A stretch of DNA of 20,000 bases from an uncultured virus (IMG/VR IMGVR_UViG_2563367026_000003). Lineage: Duplodnaviria > Heunggongvirae > Uroviricota > Caudoviricetes. The position numbers were made by a program, and so were the translations under genes. The DNA is taken from IMG/VR virus record IMGVR_UViG_2563367026_000003; one strand, given 5' to 3'. Shown here in pieces: positions 1-10,500 of the stretch (position 1 is the first letter of the stretch; every line of letters starts with the position of its first letter). The notes under the pieces were generated by a model, which was given only the letters and a program-made list of their open reading frames with translations, had not been told where the DNA came from and did no database searches.

Positions 1-573
1 AAAGAAGGCGCGGAATTAAAATATAGTGATATTACAAAAACAAGAGGATTACAAAAAATTGGTGTTGAAACTGGTGGAGAACTAAAAACAGCTTATGCTG
101 ATGGCGGTCCAATTGAATCAGGGAATACAGACGGAGAAGGTAAAATCTCATTACAAATGCATGCGTTCCCTAAAGAGATTCGCAAAATTGTTTTTAATGA
201 AGATTATGATGAAGATGGCGTTTACGAAGAGAAACAAGGTAAACAAAACAATTACGTAGCTGTATGGTTCAGACAAGAGCGTAGAGACGGTACATTTAGA
301 ACAGTTTTATTACCTAAAGTTATGTTTACAAATCCTAAAATCGATGGAGAAACGGCTGAGAAAGATTGGGATTTCTCAAGTGAAGAGGTTGAAGGTGAGG
401 CACTTTTCCCTTTAGTTGATAATAAAAAGTCTGTACGTAAATATATCTTTGACTCAGCTAACATGACAAATCATGGTGGCGACGGTGAAAAAGGCGAAGA
501 GGCTTTCTTAAAGAAAATTTTAGGCGAAGAATATACTGGAAACGTGACAGAGGATAACGAAGAAACTTTGTAA
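1..573 (+). CDS. Major tail (tube) protein, 5'-truncated by the window edge
   Basis: Frame 1 is open from base 1 (KEGAELKYSDITKTRGLQKIGVETGGELKTAYADGG...) to TAA 571-573. It resembles phi13-family major tail proteins and lies upstream of the chaperone and tape measure genes. The listed start at 157 is internal. Confidence 0.9.
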   Translation, partial: KEGAELKYSDITKTRGLQKIGVETGGELKTAYADGGPIESGNTDGEGKISLQMHAFPKEIRKIVFNEDYDEDGVYEEKQGKQNNYVAVWFRQERRDGTFRTVLLPKVMFTNPKIDGETAEKDWDFSSEEVEGEALFPLVDNKKSVRKYIFDSANMTNHGGDGEKGEEAFLKKILGEEYTGNVTEDNEETL

Positions 574-839
574 CGAAACCGGCTTCATCGGAAACTGCGG
601 TAAAGTCGGTTAATATACCAGATAGCATTAAAACACTTAAAGTTGGCGACACATACGATTTAAATATTGTAGTAGAGCCATCTAATCAAAGTAAGTTATT
701 GAAATACACAACAGATCAAACGAATATTGTATCAATCAATAGAGATGGTCAAGTTACTGCGGAAGCACAAGGCATTGCTACGGTTAAAGCAATAGTTGGT
801 AATATGAGTGACACTATAACAATAAATGTAGAAGCATAA
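558..839 (+). CDS. Ig-like (Big_2-type) domain reading frame, probably a frameshift extension of the major tail protein
   Basis: Frame 3 is open from 558 (after TAA 555-557) to TAA 837-839: RRNFVTKPASSETAVKSVNIPDSIKTLKVGDTYDLNIVVEPSNQSKLLKYTTDQTNIVSINRDGQVTAEAQGIATVKAIVGNMSDTITINVEA. The LKVGDT..., SINRDGQVTA...GIATVKA pattern is typical of Big_2. The first canonical start codon is TTG at 699, mid-domain. Confidence 0.75.
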   Translation, partial: RRNFVTKPASSETAVKSVNIPDSIKTLKVGDTYDLNIVVEPSNQSKLLKYTTDQTNIVSINRDGQVTAEAQGIATVKAIVGNMSDTITINVEA

Positions 840-865
840 GAGGGGGAAACCCCTCTATTTTATTT
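839..865 (+). terminator. Intrinsic terminator-like hairpin after the tail tube/Ig unit
   Basis: AGAGGGG-GAAA-CCCCTCT followed by ATTTTATTT. Confidence 0.7.
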
Positions 866-888
866 GAAAATAAGGAGAGTATTATAAA

Positions 889-1239
889 ATGGCAAAATTA
901 AAACGTAACATTATTCAATTAGTAGAAGACCCGAAAGCAAATGAAATTAAATTACAAACGTACTTAACACCACACTTCATTTCATTTGAAATTGTATACG
1001 AAGCAATGGATCTAATCGATGATATTGAGGATGAAAATAGCGCAATGAAGCCAAGAGAAATCGCTGACAGATTGATGGATATGGTTGTAAAAATTTACGA
1101 TAACCAATTCACAGTTAAAGACCTAAAAGAACGTATGCATGCACCTGATGGAATGAATGCACTTCGTGAACAAGTAATTTTCATTACTCAAGGTCAGCAA
1201 ACTGAGGAAACTAGAAATTTTATCCAGAACATGAAATAA
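889..1239 (+). CDS. Tail assembly chaperone (lambda gpG equivalent)
   Basis: 116 aa with SD AAGGAG, located between the major tail and tape measure genes; slippery heptamer A AAT TTT at 1215-1221 near its 3' end. Confidence 0.85.
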   Translation: MAKLKRNIIQLVEDPKANEIKLQTYLTPHFISFEIVYEAMDLIDDIEDENSAMKPREIADRLMDMVVKIYDNQFTVKDLKERMHAPDGMNALREQVIFITQGQQTEETRNFIQNMK

Positions 1240-1427
1240 AGCCTGAAGATTTAACATATAAAGCAATGTTGAAAAATATGGATACTCTCATGATGGACTT
1301 AATTGAAAATGGTAAAGACGCTAACGAAGTTTTAAAAATGCCATTTCATTATGTACTTTCCATATATCAAAATAAAAACAATGACATTTCTGAAGAAAAA
1401 GCAGAGGCTTTAATTGATGCGTTTTAA
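1215..1427 (+). CDS. -1 frame extension of the tail assembly chaperone (gpGT equivalent)
   Basis: The -1 frame opens exactly at AAATTTT (TAG at 1212-1214 precedes it) and reads KFYPEHEIKPEDLTYKAMLKNMDTLMMDLIENGKDANEVLKMPFHYVLSIYQNKNNDISEEKAEALIDAF to TAA 1425-1427. Confidence 0.8.
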   Translation, partial: KFYPEHEIKPEDLTYKAMLKNMDTLMMDLIENGKDANEVLKMPFHYVLSIYQNKNNDISEEKAEALIDAF

Positions 1428-1457
1428 CCTTAACCGTTTGGTTAGGGTTATTTTTTT
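1425..1457 (+). terminator. Intrinsic terminator-like hairpin upstream of the tape measure gene
   Basis: TAACCTTAACC-GTTT-GGTTAGGGTTA (11 bp, one G-U pair) followed by T7. Confidence 0.7.
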
Positions 1458-1483
1458 GAACTTTTTTAGAAAGGGGGTAAAAA

Positions 1484-4400
1484 ATGGGAGAAAGAATAAA
1501 AGGTTTATCTATAGGTTTGGATTTGGATTCAGCAAATTTAAATAGATCACTTACAGAAATTAAACGAAACTTTAGAACCTTAAATTCAGACTTAAAGTTG
1601 ACTGGAAACAACTTTAAATATACTGAGAAATCAACTGATAGTTATAAACAACGAATCAAAGAGTTAGATGGCACAATTGCAGATTATAAGAAAAACATTG
1701 ATGATTTAGCGAAGCAATATGACAAGGTATCTCAAGAACAGGGTGAAAATAGTACAAAAGCTCAGAATTTAAGACAAGAATATAACAAACAAGCAAATGA
1801 GCTGAATTTTTTAGAAAAAGAACTAGAAAAAACAACAGCTGAGTTTGAAGAGTTCAAAAAAGCACAAGTTGAAGCTCAAAGAATGGCTGAAAGTGGCTGG
1901 GGAAAAACCAGTAAAGTTTTTGAAAGTATGGGACCTAAATTAACAAAAATGGGTGATGGTTTAAAATCCATTGGTAAAGGTTTGATGATTGGTGTAACTA
2001 CACCTGTATTAGGTATTGCAGCAGCATCAGGAAAAGCTTTTGCAGAAGTTGATAAAGGTTTAGATACAGTTACCCAAGCAACAGGCGCAACCGGCGGAGA
2101 GCTTAAGAAGTTGCAGAATTCATTTAAAGATGTTTATGGCAACTTTCCAGCAGACGCTGAGACTGTAGGTGGTGTTTTAGGGGAAGTTAACACAAGGTTA
2201 GGTTTCACTGGCAAAGAACTTGAGAGTGCCACAGAGTCATTCTTGAAATTTAGTCACATAACGGGTTCTGACGGCGTACAAGCCGTTCAATTAATTACGC
2301 GTGCAATGGGTGATGCGGGTATTGAAGCTGATGAGTATCAAAGTGTACTTGATATGGTAGCGAAAGCAGCACAGGCTAGCGGTATAAGTGTTGATATATT
2401 AGCTGATAGTATTACTAAATACGGTGCTCCAATGAGGGCTATGGGCTTTGAGATGCAAGAATCAATCGCTTTATTCTCTCAATGGGAGAAATCAGGTGTT
2501 AATACTGAAATAGCCTTCAGTGGTTTGAAGAAAGCTATATCCAATTGGGGTAAAGCGGGTAAAGACCCAAGAGAAGAATTTAAGAAAACTCTAGCAGAAA
2601 TTGAAAGGACACCGGATATAGCTAGCGCAACAAGTTTAGCGATTGAAGCATTTGGTGCAAAAGCAGGTCCTGATTTAGCAGACGCTATTAAAGGTGGTCG
2701 TTTTAGTTATCAAGAATTTTTAAAAACTATCGAAGATTCCCAAGGCACAGTAAACCAAACATTTAAAGATTCTGAAAGTGGCTCCGAAAGATTTAAAGTA
2801 GCGATGAATAAATTAAAATTAGTAGGTGCTGATGTATGGGCTTCTATTGAAAGTGCGTTTGCTCCAGTAATGGAAGAATTAATCAAAAAGCTATCTATAG
2901 CGGTTGATTGGTTTTCAAGTTTAAGTGATGATTCTAAAAGATCAATTGTTATTTTTGGTGGTATTGCTGCTGCAATTGGTCCTGTAGTTTTTGGATTAGG
3001 TGCATTTATAAGTACAATTGGCAATGCAGTAACTGTATTAGCTCCATTGTTAGCTAGTATTGCAAAGGCTGGTGGATTGATTAGTTTTTTATCGACTAAA
3101 GTACCTATATTAGGAACTGTCTTCACAGCTTTAACTGGTCCAATTGGCATTGTATTAGGTGTATTGGCTGGTTTAGCAGTCGCATTTACAATTGCTTATA
3201 AGAAATCTGAAACATTTAGAAATTTTGTTAATGGTGCAATTGAAAGTGTTAAACAAACATTTAGTAATTTTATTCAATTTATTCAACCTTTCGTTGATTC
3301 TGTTAAAAACATCTTTAAACAAGCGATATCAGCAATAGTTGATTTCGCAAAAGATATTTGGAGTCAAATCAATGGATTCTTTAATGAAAACGGAATTTCC
3401 ATTGTTCAAGCACTTCAAAATATATGCAACTTTATTAAAGCGATATTTGAATTTATTTTAAATTTTGTAATTAAACCAATTATGTTCGCGATTTGGCAAG
3501 TGATGCAATTTATTTGGCCGGCGGTTAAAGCCTTGATTGTCAGTACTTGGGAGAACATAAAAGGTGTAATACAAGGTGCTTTAAATATCATACTTGGCTT
3601 GATTAAGTTCTTCTCAAGTTTATTCGTTGGTGATTGGCGAGGTGTTTGGGACGGTATTGTGATGATACTAAAAGGTACTGTGCAGTTAATTTGGAATTTA
3701 ATACAACTGTGGTTTGTAGGTAAAATTCTAGGTGTAGTGAGATACTTTGGTGGATTACTTAAAGGTTTAATAACTATTATATGGGTTGCTATAATAGGCG
3801 TTTTCAAGAAATCATTATCGGCAATTTGGAATGCAACAAAAAGTATTTTTGGTTTCTTATTCAATAGTGTTAAATCTATTTTCACTAATATGAAAAACTG
3901 GTTATCTAGTACGTGGAATAATATCAAAAGCAATACCGTCGGCAAGGCTCATTCGTTATTTACGGGTGTAAGGTCTAAATTCACAAGTTTATGGAATGCG
4001 ACGAAAGATATATTTACTAAATTAAGAAATTGGATGTCAAACATCTGGAACTCTATTAAAGATAACACTGTAGGTATAGCTGGTCGCTTATGGGATAGAG
4101 TGCGTAACATCTTTGGAAGCATGCGTGACGGTTTAAAATCTATCATTGGTAAAATTAAAGATCATATCGGTGGTATGGTAAGCGCTATTAAAAAAGGACT
4201 TAATAAATTAATTGAAGGCTTAAACTGGGTCGGTGGTAAGTTGGGAATGGATAAAATACCTAAGTTACACACTGGTACAGAGCACACACATACTACTACA
4301 AGATTAGTTAAGAACGGTAAGATTGCACGTGACACATTCGCTACAGTTGGGGATAAGGGACGCGGAAATGGTCCAAATGGTTTTAGAAATGAAATGATTG

Positions 4401-6013
4401 AATTCCCTAACGGTAAACGTGTAATCACACCTAATACAGATACTACCGCTTATTTACCTAAAGGCTCAAAAGTATACAACGGTGCACAAACTTATTCAAT
4501 GTTAAACGGAACGCTTCCAAGATTTAGTTTAGGTACTATGTGGAAAGATATTAAATCTGGTGCATCATCGGCATTTAACTGGACAAAAGATAAAATAGGT
4601 AAAGGTACCAAATGGCTTGGCGATAAAGTTGGCGATGTTTTAGATTTTATGGAAAATCCAGGCAAACTTTTAAATTATATACTTGAAGCTTTTGGAATTG
4701 ATTTCAATTCTTTAACTAAAGGTATGGGAATTGCAGGCGACATAACAAAAGCTGCATGGTCTAAGATTAAGAAAAGTGCTACTGATTGGATAAAAGAAAA
4801 TTTAGAAGCTATGGGCGGTGGCGATTTAGTCGGCGGAATATTAGACCCTGACAAAATTAATTATCATTATGGACGTACCGCAGCTTATACCGCTGCAACT
4901 GGAAGACCATTTCATGAAGGTGTCGATTTTCCATTTGTATATCAAGAAGTTAGAACGCCGATGGGTGGCAGACTTACAAGAATGCCATTTATGTCTGGTG
5001 GTTATGGTAATTATGTAAAAATTACTAGTGGCGTTATCGATATGCTATTTGCGCATTTGAAAAACTTTAGCAAATCACCACCTAGTGGCACGATGGTAAA
5101 GCCCGGTGATGTTGTTGGTTTAACTGGTAATACCGGATTTAGTACAGGACCACATTTACATTTTGAAATGAGGAGAAATGGACGACATTTTGACCCTGAA
5201 CCATATTTAAGGAATGCTAAGAAAAAAGGAAGATTATCAATAGGTGGTGGCGGTGCTACTTCTGGAAGTGGCGCAACTTATGCCAGTCGAGTAATCCGAC
5301 AAGCGCAAAGTATTTTAGGTGGTCGTTATAAAGGTAAATGGATTCATGACCAAATGATGCGCGTTGCAAAACGTGAAAGTAACTACCAGTCAAATGCAGT
5401 GAATAACTGGGATATAAATGCTCAAAGAGGAGACCCATCAAGAGGATTATTCCAAATCATCGGCTCAACTTTTAGAGCAAACGCTAAACGTGGATATACT
5501 AACTTTAATAATCCGGTTCATCAAGGTATTTCAGCAATGCAATACATTGTTAGACGCTACGGTTGGGATGGATTTAAGCGTGCGGGTGATTACGCATATG
5601 CTACAGGCGGAAAAGTTTTTGATGGTTGGTATAACTTAGGTGAAGACGGTCATCCAGAATGGGTTATTCCAACAGATCCAGCTCGTAGAAATGATGCAAT
5701 GAAGATGTTACATTATGCAGCTGCGGAAGTTAGAGGGAAAAACGCAAGTAAGAATAAACGACCTAGTCAATTGTCTAGTGTAAATGGGTTTGATGACCCA
5801 AGCTTATTATTGAAAATGATTGAACAACAGCAACAACAAATAGCTTTATTACTGAAGATAGCACAATCTAACGATGTGATTGCAGATAAAGATTATCAGC
5901 CGATTATTGACGAATACGCTTTTGATAAAAAGGTGAACGCGTCTATAGAAAAGCGAGAAAGGCAAGAATCAACAAAAGTAAAGTTTAGAAAAGGAGGAAT
6001 TGCTATTCAATGA
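1484..6013 (+). CDS. Tail tape measure protein with C-terminal M23 peptidase and lytic transglycosylase (SLT-like) domains
   Basis: 1509 aa: N-terminal coiled coil, Ala/Gly-rich core, Trp/Phe-periodic amphipathic region, M23 motifs HEGVD and STGPHLHFE, SLT motifs RESNY and GLFQ. Confidence 0.95.
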   Translation: MGERIKGLSIGLDLDSANLNRSLTEIKRNFRTLNSDLKLTGNNFKYTEKSTDSYKQRIKELDGTIADYKKNIDDLAKQYDKVSQEQGENSTKAQNLRQEYNKQANELNFLEKELEKTTAEFEEFKKAQVEAQRMAESGWGKTSKVFESMGPKLTKMGDGLKSIGKGLMIGVTTPVLGIAAASGKAFAEVDKGLDTVTQATGATGGELKKLQNSFKDVYGNFPADAETVGGVLGEVNTRLGFTGKELESATESFLKFSHITGSDGVQAVQLITRAMGDAGIEADEYQSVLDMVAKAAQASGISVDILADSITKYGAPMRAMGFEMQESIALFSQWEKSGVNTEIAFSGLKKAISNWGKAGKDPREEFKKTLAEIERTPDIASATSLAIEAFGAKAGPDLADAIKGGRFSYQEFLKTIEDSQGTVNQTFKDSESGSERFKVAMNKLKLVGADVWASIESAFAPVMEELIKKLSIAVDWFSSLSDDSKRSIVIFGGIAAAIGPVVFGLGAFISTIGNAVTVLAPLLASIAKAGGLISFLSTKVPILGTVFTALTGPIGIVLGVLAGLAVAFTIAYKKSETFRNFVNGAIESVKQTFSNFIQFIQPFVDSVKNIFKQAISAIVDFAKDIWSQINGFFNENGISIVQALQNICNFIKAIFEFILNFVIKPIMFAIWQVMQFIWPAVKALIVSTWENIKGVIQGALNIILGLIKFFSSLFVGDWRGVWDGIVMILKGTVQLIWNLIQLWFVGKILGVVRYFGGLLKGLITIIWVAIIGVFKKSLSAIWNATKSIFGFLFNSVKSIFTNMKNWLSSTWNNIKSNTVGKAHSLFTGVRSKFTSLWNATKDIFTKLRNWMSNIWNSIKDNTVGIAGRLWDRVRNIFGSMRDGLKSIIGKIKDHIGGMVSAIKKGLNKLIEGLNWVGGKLGMDKIPKLHTGTEHTHTTTRLVKNGKIARDTFATVGDKGRGNGPNGFRNEMIEFPNGKRVITPNTDTTAYLPKGSKVYNGAQTYSMLNGTLPRFSLGTMWKDIKSGASSAFNWTKDKIGKGTKWLGDKVGDVLDFMENPGKLLNYILEAFGIDFNSLTKGMGIAGDITKAAWSKIKKSATDWIKENLEAMGGGDLVGGILDPDKINYHYGRTAAYTAATGRPFHEGVDFPFVYQEVRTPMGGRLTRMPFMSGGYGNYVKITSGVIDMLFAHLKNFSKSPPSGTMVKPGDVVGLTGNTGFSTGPHLHFEMRRNGRHFDPEPYLRNAKKKGRLSIGGGGATSGSGATYASRVIRQAQSILGGRYKGKWIHDQMMRVAKRESNYQSNAVNNWDINAQRGDPSRGLFQIIGSTFRANAKRGYTNFNNPVHQGISAMQYIVRRYGWDGFKRAGDYAYATGGKVFDGWYNLGEDGHPEWVIPTDPARRNDAMKMLHYAAAEVRGKNASKNKRPSQLSSVNGFDDPSLLLKMIEQQQQQIALLLKIAQSNDVIADKDYQPIIDEYAFDKKVNASIEKRERQESTKVKFRKGGIAIQ

Positions 6014-7494
6014 TAGACACTATTAAAGTGAACAACAAAACAATTCCTTGGTTGTATGTCGAAAGAGGGTTTGAAATACCCTCTTTTAATTATGTTTTAA
6101 AAACAGAAAATGTAGATGGACGTTCGGGGTCTATATATAAAGGGCGTAGGCTTGAATCTTATAGTTTTGATATACCTTTGGTGGTACGTAATGACTATTT
6201 ATCTCACAACGGCATTAAAACACATGATGACGTCTTGAATGAATTAGTAAAGTTTTTTAACTACGAGGAACAAGTTAAATTACAATTCAAATCTAAAGAT
6301 TGGTACTGGAACGCTTATTTCGAAGGACCAATAAAGCTGCACAAAGAATTTACAATACCTGTTAAGTTCACTATCAAAGTAGTACTAACAGACCCTTACA
6401 AATATTCAGTAACAGGAAATAAAAATACTGCGATTTCAGACCAAGTTTCAGTTGTAAATAGTGGGACTGCTGACACTCCTTTAATTGTTGAAGCCCGAGC
6501 AATTAAACCATCTAGTTACTTTATGATTACTAAAAATGATGAAGATTATTTTATGGTTGGTGATGATGAGGTAACCAAAGAAGTTAAGGATTACATGCCT
6601 CCTGTTTATCATAGTGAGTTTCGTGATTTCAAAGGTTGGACTAAGATGATTACTGAAGATATTCCAAGTAATGACTTAGGTGGTAAGGTCGGCGGTGACT
6701 TTGTGATATCCAATCTTGGCGAAGGATATAAAGCAACTAATTTTCCTGATGCAAAAGGTTGGGTTGGTGCTGGCACGAAACGAGGGCTCCCTAAAGCGAT
6801 GACAGATTTTCAAATTACCTATAAATGTATTGTTGAACAAAAAGGTAAAGGTGCCGGAAGAACAGCACAACATATTTATGATAGTGATGGTAAGTTACTT
6901 GCTTCTATTGGTTATGAAAATAAATATCATGATAGAAAAATAGGACATATTGTTGTTACGTTGTATAACCAAAAAGGAGACCCCAAAAAGATATACGACT
7001 ATCAGAATAAACCGATAATGTATAACTTGGACAGAATCGTTGTTTATATGCGGCTCAGAAGAGTAGGTAATAAATTTTCTATTAAAACTTGGAAATTTGA
7101 TCACATTAAAGACCCAGATAGACGTAAACCTATTGATATGGATGAGAAAGAGTGGATAGATGGCGGTAAGTTTTATCAGCGTCCAGCTTCTATCATAGCT
7201 ATCTATAGTGCGAAGTATAACGGTTATAAGTGGATGGAGATGAATGGGTTAGGTTCATTCAATACGGAGATTCTACCGAAACCGAAAGGCGCAAGGGATG
7301 TCATTATACAAAAAGGTGATTTAGTGAAAATAGATATGCAAGCAAAAAGTGTTGTCATCAATGAGGAACCAATGTTGAGCGAGAAATCGTTTGGAAGTAA
7401 TTATTTCAATGTTGATTCTGGGTACAGTGAATTAATCATACAACCTGAAAACGTCTTTGATACGACGGTTAAATGGCAAGATAGATATTTATAG
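6010..7494 (+). CDS. Distal tail protein (Dit, siphovirus tail component), long form with a central insertion
   Basis: 494 aa, overlaps the tape measure stop (ATGA), starts MIDTIKVNNKTIPWLYVERG and ends VKWQDRYL; occupies the canonical Dit position. Confidence 0.85.
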   Translation: MIDTIKVNNKTIPWLYVERGFEIPSFNYVLKTENVDGRSGSIYKGRRLESYSFDIPLVVRNDYLSHNGIKTHDDVLNELVKFFNYEEQVKLQFKSKDWYWNAYFEGPIKLHKEFTIPVKFTIKVVLTDPYKYSVTGNKNTAISDQVSVVNSGTADTPLIVEARAIKPSSYFMITKNDEDYFMVGDDEVTKEVKDYMPPVYHSEFRDFKGWTKMITEDIPSNDLGGKVGGDFVISNLGEGYKATNFPDAKGWVGAGTKRGLPKAMTDFQITYKCIVEQKGKGAGRTAQHIYDSDGKLLASIGYENKYHDRKIGHIVVTLYNQKGDPKKIYDYQNKPIMYNLDRIVVYMRLRRVGNKFSIKTWKFDHIKDPDRRKPIDMDEKEWIDGGKFYQRPASIIAIYSAKYNGYKWMEMNGLGSFNTEILPKPKGARDVIIQKGDLVKIDMQAKSVVINEEPMLSEKSFGSNYFNVDSGYSELIIQPENVFDTTVKWQDRYL

Positions 7495-7509
7495 AAAGGA
7501 GATGAGAGT

Positions 7510-10500
7510 GTGATACATGTTTTAGATTTTAACGACAAGATTATAGATTTCCTTTCTACTGATGACCCTTCCTTAGTTAGAGCGATTCATAAACGTAATG
7601 TTAATGACAATTCAGAAATGCTTGAACTGCTCATATCATCAGAAAGAGCTGAAAAGTTCCGTGAACGACATCGTGTTATTATAAGGGATTCAAACAAACA
7701 ATGGCGTGAATTTATTATTAACTGGGTTCAAGATACGATGGACGGCTACACAGAGATAGAATGTATAGCGTCTTATCTTGCTGATATAACAACAGCTAAA
7801 CCGTATGCACCAGGAAAATTTGAGAAAAAGACAACTTCAGAAGCATTGAAAGATGTGTTGAGCGATACAGGTTGGGAAGTTTCTGAACAAACCGAATACG
7901 ATGGCTTACGTACTACGTCATGGACTTCTTATCAAACTAGATATGAAGTTTTAAAGCAATTATGTACAACCTATAAAATGGTTTTAGATTTTTATATTGA
8001 GCTTAGCTCTAATACCGTCAAAGGTAGATATGTAGTACTCAAAAAGAAAAACAGCTTATTCAAAGGTAAAGAAATTGAATATGGTAAAGATTTAGTCGGG
8101 TTAACTAGGAAGATTGATATGTCAGAAATCAAAACAGCATTAATTGCTGTGGGACCTGAAAATGACAAAGGGAAGCGTTTAGAGCTAGTTGTGACAGATG
8201 ACGAAGCGCAAAGTCAATTCAACCTACCTATGCGCTATATTTGGGGGATATATGAACCACAATCAGATGATCAAAATATGAATGAAACACGATTAAGTTC
8301 TTTAGCCAAAACAGAGTTAAATAAACGTAAGTCGGCAGTTATGTCATATGAGATTACTTCTACTGATTTGGAAGTTACGTATCCGCACGAGATTATATCA
8401 ATTGGTGATACAGTCAGAGTAAAACATAGAGATTTTAACCCGCCATTGTATGTAGAGGCAGAAGTTATTGCCGAAGAATATAACATAATTTCAGAAAATA
8501 GCACATATACATTCGGTCAACCTAAAGAGTTCAAAGAATCAGAATTACGAGAAGAGTTTAACAAGCGATTGAACATAATACATCAAAAGTTAAACGATAA
8601 TATTAGCAATATCAACACTATAGTTAAAGATGTTGTAGATGGTGAATTAGAATACTTTGAACGCAAAATACACAAAAGTGATACACCGCCAGAAAATCCA
8701 GTCAATGATATGCTTTGGTATGATACAAGTAACCCTGATGTTGCTGTCTTGCGTAGATATTGGAATGGTCGATGGATTGAAGCAACGCCAAATGATGTTG
8801 AAAAATTAGGTGGTATAACAAGAGAAAAAGCGCTATTCAGTGAATTAAACAATATTTTTATTAATTTATCTATACAACACGCTAGTCTTTTGTCAGAAGC
8901 TACAGAATTACTGAATAGCGAGTACTTAGTAGATAATGATTTGAAAGCGGACTTACAAGCAAGTTTAGACGCTGTGATTGATGTTTATAATCAAATTAAA
9001 AATAATTTAGAATCTATGACACCCGAAACTGCAACGATTGGTCGGTTGGTAGATACAAAAACTTTATTTCTTGAGTATAGAAAGAAATTACAAGATGTTT
9101 ATACAGATGTAGAAGATGTCAAAATCGCCATTTCAGATAGATTTAAATTATTACAGTCACAATACACTGATGAAAAATATAAAGAAGCGTTGGAAATAAT
9201 AGCAACAAAATTTGGTTTAACGGTGAATGAAGATTTGCAGTTAGTCGGAGAACCTAATGTTGTTAAATCAGCTATTGAAGCAGCTAGAGAATCCACAAAA
9301 GAACAATTACGTGACTATGTAAAAACATCGGACTATAAAACAGACAAAGACGGTATTGTTGAACGTTTAGATACTGCTGAAGCTGAGAGAACGACTTTAA
9401 AAGGTGAAATCAAAGATAAAGTTACGTTAAACGAATATCGAAACGGATTGGAAGAACAAAAACAATATACTGATGACCAGTTAAGTGATTTGTCCAATAA
9501 TCCTGAGATTAAAGCAAGTATTGAACAAGCAAATCAAGAAGCGCAAGAAGCTTTAAAATCATACATTGATGCTCAAGATGATCTTAAAGAGAAGGAATCG
9601 CAAGCGTATGCTGATGGTAAAATTTCGGAAGAAGAGCAACGCGCTATACAAGATGCTCAAGCTAAACTTGAAGAGGCAAAACAAAACGCAGAACTAAAGG
9701 CTAGAAACGCTGAAAAGAAAGCTAATGCTTATACAGACAACAAGGTCAAAGAAAGCACAGATGCACAGAGGAGAACACTGACTCGCTATGGTTCTCAAAT
9801 TATACAAAATGGTAAGGAAATCAAATTAAGAACTACTAAAGAAGAGTTTAATGCAACCAATCGTACACTTTCAAATATATTAAACGAGATTGTCCAAAAC
9901 GTTACAGATGGAACAACAATCAGATATGATGATAACGGAGTGGCTCAAGCTTTAAATGTGGGGCCACGTGGTATTAGATTAAATGCTGATAAAATTGATA
10001 TTAACGGTAATAGAGAAATAAACCTTCTTATCCAAAATATGCGAGATAAAGTAGATAAAACCGATATTGTCAACAGCCTTAATTTATCAAGAGAGGGTCT
10101 TGATATCAATGTTAATAGAATTGGAATTAAAGGCGGTAACAATAACAGATATGTTCAAATACAGAATGATTCTATTGAACTAGGTGGTATTGTGCAACGT
10201 ACTTGGAGAGGGAAACGTTCAACAGACGATATTTTTACGCGACTGAAAGACGGTCACCTAAGATTTAGAAATAACACCGCTGGCGGTTCACTTTATATGT
10301 CACATTTTGGTATTTCGACTTATATTGATGGTGAAGGTGAAGACGGTGGTTCATCTGGTACGATTCAATGGTGGGATAAAACTTACAGTGATAGTGGCAT
10401 GAATGGTATAACAATCAATTCCTATGGTGGTGTCGTTGCACTAACGTCAGATAATAATCGGGTTGTTCTGGAGTCTTACGCTTCATCGAATATCAAAAGC

